A DNA stretch of 47,357 nt. Source: Asterionella formosa (Eukaryota). Below the pieces are notes generated by a model. It saw nothing but the letters and a program-made list of their open reading frames with translations. It ran no database searches and had not been told where the DNA came from. Positions 41,394-47,357 of the stretch are shown here, piece by piece; the first letter of the stretch is position 1; the number at the start of each line of letters is the position of its first letter. Made by a program: the position numbers and the translations under genes. The DNA lies in NCBI GenBank assembly GCA_002256025.1, contig NKIB01014119.1:1-47357 (forward strand), read 5' to 3'.

Positions 41394-44138
41394 TTAGGAG
41401 AGCTTGTGGTTCCATTCAATAAGGCAGCCATAGTCTTGTTGTAATCCAGGCTCAGTTGGCGCAGGCAGTTCATGTGACACATGAAGAATATGCGTCACAT
41501 CATTGTGTGCATTCGTCAGCGGGTAAGAGCAAACAAAAGCAATGAACTCTATGCCCTCCTTGTCGTAGTGAACATTAGTTGAGCAAGCGCATCGACCTAA
41601 GGCGACTTCTTGAAACTTATGCATAGGCTTGTTGACGCGTACGCTGGCGCCAGGGTTTGTTTTCTTGCCATGGAGAATGCTCAGCTGCTGTCCTTCGACC
41701 TCCATTTGAGTGTACTTTGTTAGTCGACTCCAGGCTTCATTAACACTGACAATCAAGAAAGGAGCCTTAGCCAATGTAATGACACGAGCTTCGTTGGCAT
41801 GGGGACAAAGCGCCATCTCAAGACTGCCGGGAATAATTTTAGCAGTGCCTTCTGACCCAGATGCACGTTCAAGTTGCTGCATGAATCCTAAGGCATCGTA
41901 TACCATTTCCAAACTCATCAACTTGTTTCCGGTTGAAAATTGTGCTCGTAGCATTCCAGGCATGAAGCATTCATTGATTGCTCCGCATTTGATAGCATCT
42001 TGCGATCTGAAGATGAATGGGCACTTTATGACATCATCTGTGACAAGCATGTCATCCTCATTTATATGATACCAAGCACGGATCTGAGGCAAATGAAGCA
42101 AAGAACCACTTGTCGAAGTAACGTCCCCGGGGACAATGATAGCAGTTCCAGTTACAGAATCATTGACCAAAACGTTGCTGACGCCACCGTCGGACGTTGA
42201 TGATGTGTATGGGCTTACTGTAGTCGGAGCAGCCGTGACAACTTCAGTAGAATATTGCGACATTTCTGACACAGAATGTCCTTCGGCTTGGTTCGTGATC
42301 ATAGACCCTTGATGAACAACATCAGCAGCTGAACCAAATAAGTTCGGAATCCCAGCACGCTTGCCAATTCCCATAAAGGGAGGGAGAGTTATTGCAGGGG
42401 CGGTATTTAATCGAGCATTGGAGTTCACTTGCTGAGGAACAACTAACGAACGAATATTATGAGATATTCCTCCATGCTTAGCAATATTGGCTGGTAGTCT
42501 ACAGCGAGTTGTCCCTCTCACAGCATCAAAATTGACAGTTGGGGCTCGGGTCACATCTTGAGCCATTAAATCATGCTTTCTGTCGTCATTGATCTTCATA
42601 TGTTTCGCAGCCCTTTGATGTGTTGATTTGCTGTCGTTGTCGCTAGATAAAGAGTCAGCGGAGCCTTTCCTTCCGTCAGTACCATTCGAGTTATTGGACT
42701 GTGGCGCGGATTTATCAGCTAAGCTAGTCTCGCCACGAGAACCAAGCTTAGGATCAGGTAGGGGTTTCGCGTTATAGTCGTGGTATTCATTTGAAGGATT
42801 TGAATTTGCTCCGATTTCGATCTGGCTCGAATATGTTGAAGATTCAACATTCATTGCAGCAGCTCCACCTCGTCCATGCCGCATCGAGATGTGACCAAAT
42901 GTTGTTAGCTGCTTTGCCTGATGTTTCCTCACATGGCGTTGACCCTCCTCTCCATTCGACGATCCCGAATTCGATGAAAGACTCGAGACAGCATGATTCA
43001 TGTGGTCTTTATGGCCCGTAATGACTTGAGGGGCATGTGATGATCCCAAGTACATTTCATTTTGATGCTGGACTTCATCACGCTTGATCTCCATCCACCG
43101 AGTGCACCGTGATCCAATGCTCTCCACCATGACGGACACACTTGCTGCATCGGATATCATTGCTTCAATTCCTCGCGACATCCGACAATCCTGCTCAATT
43201 TCGGCTCGACGGAATGATCTGTAAGGTGTTACAGGCTGTTTGAACCAGAAGTCGTCTTCCACAAGGTTCGCCCACTTTCCAGGATCACATTCGTATGTTG
43301 AATGAGAGGCAAGAAATGATCGAATAACTGCTCGCCGTACATCTTGGATGTCTGTCAAATTCCGTATAGCAGCTCTTCTTACTTTTTCCTCCTCCGCTCG
43401 TTGTGCGTGCAAACCGTCCACCAATTCCTTGAGCTTCTGGACGTAGGCTTTTTTACGAAGGCGTGTTGTTCGAGCGTGTTCCTTATTTCTTTCGCGGCTC
43501 TGTTTGGCCTTCTGGGCCGGGGTCAACTCATCATTTTCCGAATGCGCCATATCGACGTCTGTCCATGATTCGTTTTGTGATCCATTCTGTTGTGCTGTTG
43601 TGCAGGCAGATGCAACGCCTTGCAATTGCCCATTGCTGTTCGACGGGGCAGACATCATTGATGGTGCGAACTGCGGCTGCTGAGGTGCAGCTTGTTCCTG
43701 TTGTGAATGTGGTTGACCTTGGAGATGCTGCTGCTGTTGCTGTGTGTGCACAAATCCAGATGATGCTCCTTGTTGCTGTATATAGTTTCCATTGTAGACA
43801 TTGGTCAGCGGTTGACCTGTGCTGTATGATTGCATTACTGTTGTGTAATTGCTTGGTTGCATCTGTTGTGTTCCATTTGCCTGTGCCATCTGGGATGCAG
43901 GCATTGGGGTTGTAAACATTTCAGGACCTGTAAAGTACGCACCAGAATCACCCGCTATTGAGTGGGGGAGAAACATATGAACACCTGAATTCGGCGTAAG
44001 GCTCAGCAATTGTGTGGGGAATTGAAAAGGTGCAGCCATCATGGCAGCTCCATGCATCTGAACTTGCTGATGTGCCAGCTCCATGGGGGCGTTCTGATAT
44101 TGCGGGTCAGACCCACCAAGAGGCTGTTGTTCTGTCAT
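41394..44138 (-). CDS. bZIP-PAS transcription factor (diatom type)
   Basis: Q-rich N-terminus; bZIP basic region SRERNKEHARTTRLRKKAYVQKLKELVDGL; C-terminal PAS (VITLAKAPFLIVSVNEAWSRLTKYTQMEVEGQQLSILHG). ATG at 44138. Confidence 0.9.
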   Translation of the reverse strand: MTEQQPLGGSDPQYQNAPMELAHQQVQMHGAAMMAAPFQFPTQLLSLTPNSGVHMFLPHSIAGDSGAYFTGPEMFTTPMPASQMAQANGTQQMQPSNYTTVMQSYSTGQPLTNVYNGNYIQQQGASSGFVHTQQQQQHLQGQPHSQQEQAAPQQPQFAPSMMSAPSNSNGQLQGVASACTTAQQNGSQNESWTDVDMAHSENDELTPAQKAKQSRERNKEHARTTRLRKKAYVQKLKELVDGLHAQRAEEEKVRRAAIRNLTDIQDVRRAVIRSFLASHSTYECDPGKWANLVEDDFWFKQPVTPYRSFRRAEIEQDCRMSRGIEAMISDAASVSVMVESIGSRCTRWMEIKRDEVQHQNEMYLGSSHAPQVITGHKDHMNHAVSSLSSNSGSSNGEEGQRHVRKHQAKQLTTFGHISMRHGRGGAAAMNVESSTYSSQIEIGANSNPSNEYHDYNAKPLPDPKLGSRGETSLADKSAPQSNNSNGTDGRKGSADSLSSDNDSKSTHQRAAKHMKINDDRKHDLMAQDVTRAPTVNFDAVRGTTRCRLPANIAKHGGISHNIRSLVVPQQVNSNARLNTAPAITLPPFMGIGKRAGIPNLFGSAADVVHQGSMITNQAEGHSVSEMSQYSTEVVTAAPTTVSPYTSSTSDGGVSNVLVNDSVTGTAIIVPGDVTSTSGSLLHLPQIRAWYHINEDDMLVTDDVIKCPFIFRSQDAIKCGAINECFMPGMLRAQFSTGNKLMSLEMVYDALGFMQQLERASGSEGTAKIIPGSLEMALCPHANEARVITLAKAPFLIVSVNEAWSRLTKYTQMEVEGQQLSILHGKKTNPGASVRVNKPMHKFQEVALGRCACSTNVHYDKEGIEFIAFVCSYPLTNAHNDVTHILHVSHELPAPTEPGLQQDYGCLIEWNHKLS

Positions 44139-44721
44139 TGGAAAAGAAATATGTCTCTCTCGCTCTCTGATATAGTTTTCAGAAAAGGAAAAGCGACAAA
44201 AATGATGGCAGAAAGTGAAAACAAATCGCACAGAAAAAATGTTTTACAGGCAGTTAAACAGAAAAAGTGAATGAAACTCCAAATGCAAACAAGTCAAGGT
44301 GGTATTGCCCGAAATACATATTAGCAGTGGGTTGTCGATGTTTCTGAAACCATGCACAATCCGAAGAATATTGACCACAGTGAGTGCGTACTGTTCGCAT
44401 GTGGACGCACGAGTGTTCCCATATCCCCCGGCAGATTGTTGACATCTAGATGTCTGCAATCTGCTCCAAATGCATATATACGAGTTTGAATAAAAGTAAA
44501 CTCTGACGTTTTCTTTGCTTTCTAAATAAATACCAGAGTACCATGGTACCTTGATACCCACGAGCGAGATTCATAATGGAGGTCACTGCGACTATCACCG
44601 TATACCGGTATGCGAACAGTAAATAGGTAAAAGGTACTTGGTACATTAGTCACTCCAACAAATTGAGAAGCCCGTCTCCAGCACAGGTTCCTGGGTACCA
44701 GGTAGTTCCAGGTACCAGGTA

Positions 44722-47128
44722 CCACTTAAAAACTGTAAGCCACCGCTACGGCGACTTTTGAACTGTAAGCCACGGCTAAACGGAGTAAACGCACGGTTTG
44801 AACTTAGTTTACAAGATACGCTATTTATTGTCACGAACGAGTTGTTCAGATTTATATTGCGAGAAAATACTTCCGTACTTGTATTGTTGCATTGTGTACA
44901 TTGTTAATTAGGTATTATCGCCCAAAGGTTGCTGTCGACGTGAAATTGCGAAAATTGGATATTTTCACGTTTACTCGATTGAGCAAGCATCACCTTTTAT
45001 ATACGTATTCAGGTATGTCAATATTCCTCCGCTAGAAAACTAATTTAGTATCCTCTAAATTTATTTAATATGGCTACGACGGCATTGCGCTTTCGCTCGT
45101 GCGCCGTAATAAAGAGATAAAATCGGTAATGGAAAACGTCAAATAGGAATTCCTGGTGCGCCCGAATTGTGAGTACAAAAATTAAATGCAAACACAACAA
45201 TCACCCATCACCCATCAAAATACCAACATCATGACCTCGAAAGCGCCTCGACAATGCAAGGCCTTGCCTCGAAAGAAATTGTCTCCTGAAGAGTTGGTCA
45301 GTCTTCAGTTTTGTCTTAACAATGTGATTAGGGAGCTAGAAGCTAAGAAGGCTAACAATGGTGGAAAAATGCCTTATGGTGCTATTTCTTGGACAGTATC
45401 AGCTAAGCAATGCATTTTCCCTTGGATATCTGTTAACAAAGTGAAGAGTGAACTAAAACAAAGTGCTAAACTAGAAGTTAAGTCTAGTACTACTAGTATG
45501 TATACTACTGAGGGTTCATCCCTCTTTCAGCCATCAACTGCAACCATGGTGTCTAAATTGACACCTGACTGGCCCTACTTAAACTCAACTCTTGAATGCT
45601 GATGGAAGCTTTGCCTTGTTATTTCCCAGCAATCTCATTCATAAATCATATGAAATTGTCGAGGAGGAAGAAGATGACAACAATGAAGGTGTGAGTGAGC
45701 ATTATGATAGTCAGTTTACAATGGGCACTTTGGCATATGAAACTGGAAACAATGGTGTGCTTACCTGGAGAAGTTTGGAGGCAAATACAAACACAACAAA
45801 AACAAACAAGGAGGACATGAGTAGTACAAGTGTACAACTGTTGGTGGACGGCCCAAAGGTGCCACCATTGCTGTCACCATTAGTAACAAATCCCAGATGC
45901 AAAATGCATTGATTGAAGCAACAGATGAGTACATGAATAAAATGCTAGGCAGCAAAAACAACAACAAATGTACCTCCAAAGGAACAATTTCATTTATCAT
46001 TGATGCTGCCAAGGAAAGGAATGGAATACCTGCAAATTCTGCCACACCAAACAAGAAAGCAATTTATGAACAAGGATGGTATCCCCTAAACTATAATGTC
46101 TTGCTTCACCCTGAGATTCAACTAATACGACACAACAGAACATCAATGCGCCCACAGTGACTGCCACTCTCCCTCCTGATGAGTTAAACCTCCAAACTGG
46201 CTTTGCTGGAACAATTGTTGGAAGAATTATCGAGTTTTGCAAATGCGAGGATGTGCGAAATGGAATCGACCGGGAGGCCCAAGCTAGACAGAGAAGGGAG
46301 ACAGCGGATTCACACATTGAGGGACACAAGAAGAGGATAACAGCAGCAGGACTACTGGCCTCTGCACAAACCTTTGCCCTCGGGCCAAATATTCTTGCTG
46401 CTACACTGGAACAGAAGCGAATTTCAGACATTGTCATTAGTACAAAAGAAACAAAAAGGCAACAAGAATTCAATACACTTCGCGGAAAAGTACTTACATT
46501 GAAGGAACAGAACAAAACAAAAGAACAGATGTCTGTGCCAGAATTGAAATTAATGGTGCGTTAGTACAAACAATCAGGTGATACTCCGGTTCCACAAACA
46601 ATGCAAGCTCTGATTACAAGATTCGACGACACCAATAACCACCGTGGTGACCAGCAGCCGCCATTCCCTCTCCATGCACCTCCTATTGCTGTGGTTTTTG
46701 TTACTGCACCTCCTCCTGTTGCTATTCCCTCTCCTTCTACAACTGCTACTGCCGATCCACCATTCCGTGATGAAGTTTGAGACTCCGCAAACAAGTAATT
46801 GGATGCAAAGAAGCTCGAGAATAAGAATGTAATGCATCAGAAGAATTCTCCAACGATGATGCTGCCCTGCAAAAGTGTAAAACGTAAAGTAATAAGAATG
46901 AAATTTTTGTAGTATTAACGGAGTAAAAATAAACACGGTTTGGGGGGAAAATATTAACATGTACAGATAGAAAAATATGCACTGTAAGCCACCGCTATGC
47001 AATAATCTTAGTGACTTTGGAAAAATTATTTCTTCATGGCTAGATACACAGAATCAAAACTGATTCCTTAATAGTATAGCAGAGAGCATTGTAGAGTAAA
47101 ATAGCGGTGGCTTACTGTTTTTAAGTGG
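44722..47128 (+). mobile_element. Non-autonomous Tc1/mariner/pogo-type DNA transposon (2407 bp), 27-bp TIRs, TA target duplication
   Basis: Left TIR CCACTTAAAAACTGTAAGCCACCGCTA (44722-44748); right TIR 47102-47128 is its reverse complement with 1 mismatch. TA at 44720-21 and 47129-30. Internal frameshifted transposase-like fragments at 45186-46640. Confidence 0.88.
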
Positions 47129-47357
47129 TACCGTAGCTGACAATGGGCGATTGCTGTCTTAGGGTCGTTCTTATCATTTTCGATTTGATATCATTTTTTT
47201 TGAAAAAGTATCATGTAACGGCTACTCGATTTAAACCGAAAAAATCCATTCTCCACAAAAATAAAAATGAAATTGTATCACCCAAAAAGTATCACGAAAA
47301 TTCAACGGTTACGGGCTGGCTACAATCATGTGCATATCCCTCCAGGCTTCCCTCCAG

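Noticed and set aside
41394..44138. Aureochrome photoreceptor
   Set aside because: No GRNCRFLQ motif; the protein is much longer, with bZIP far from PAS.

Overview
Eukaryotic nuclear DNA, most likely from a diatom or other photosynthetic stramenopile. This is inferred from the compact, intron-poor genes, short GT-AG introns, a DUF6824 protein, a bZIP-PAS factor, an ASAFAP-like plastid presequence and a signal-peptide-bearing proteasome alpha subunit. There are about 17 protein-coding genes: ornithine cyclodeaminase, a SMARCAL1-like SNF2 ATPase, a repeat/2OG-Fe dioxygenase fusion, a proteasome alpha-like protein, a sulfotransferase, two ARM proteins, CWC22, DUF6824, a methyltransferase, an MsrB-like protein, a PX protein, a TDP1-like protein, a GNAT, BolA, bZIP-PAS and one orphan ORF. 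The intergenic DNA is rich in transposon debris. The strongest non-coding signals are: (1) a 2.4-kb TA-flanked Tc1/mariner/pogo-type element with 27-bp TIRs; (2) a 52-bp TIR-only mini-element; (3) pervasive intergenic TACCGGTA and (TACCWGG)n motifs that match the excision footprints predicted from the ends of those two elements; (4) a 251-bp insertion with a tRNA-Ala-like head and an 18-bp target-site duplication (candidate SINE). All calls come from reading motifs by eye; no searches were run.
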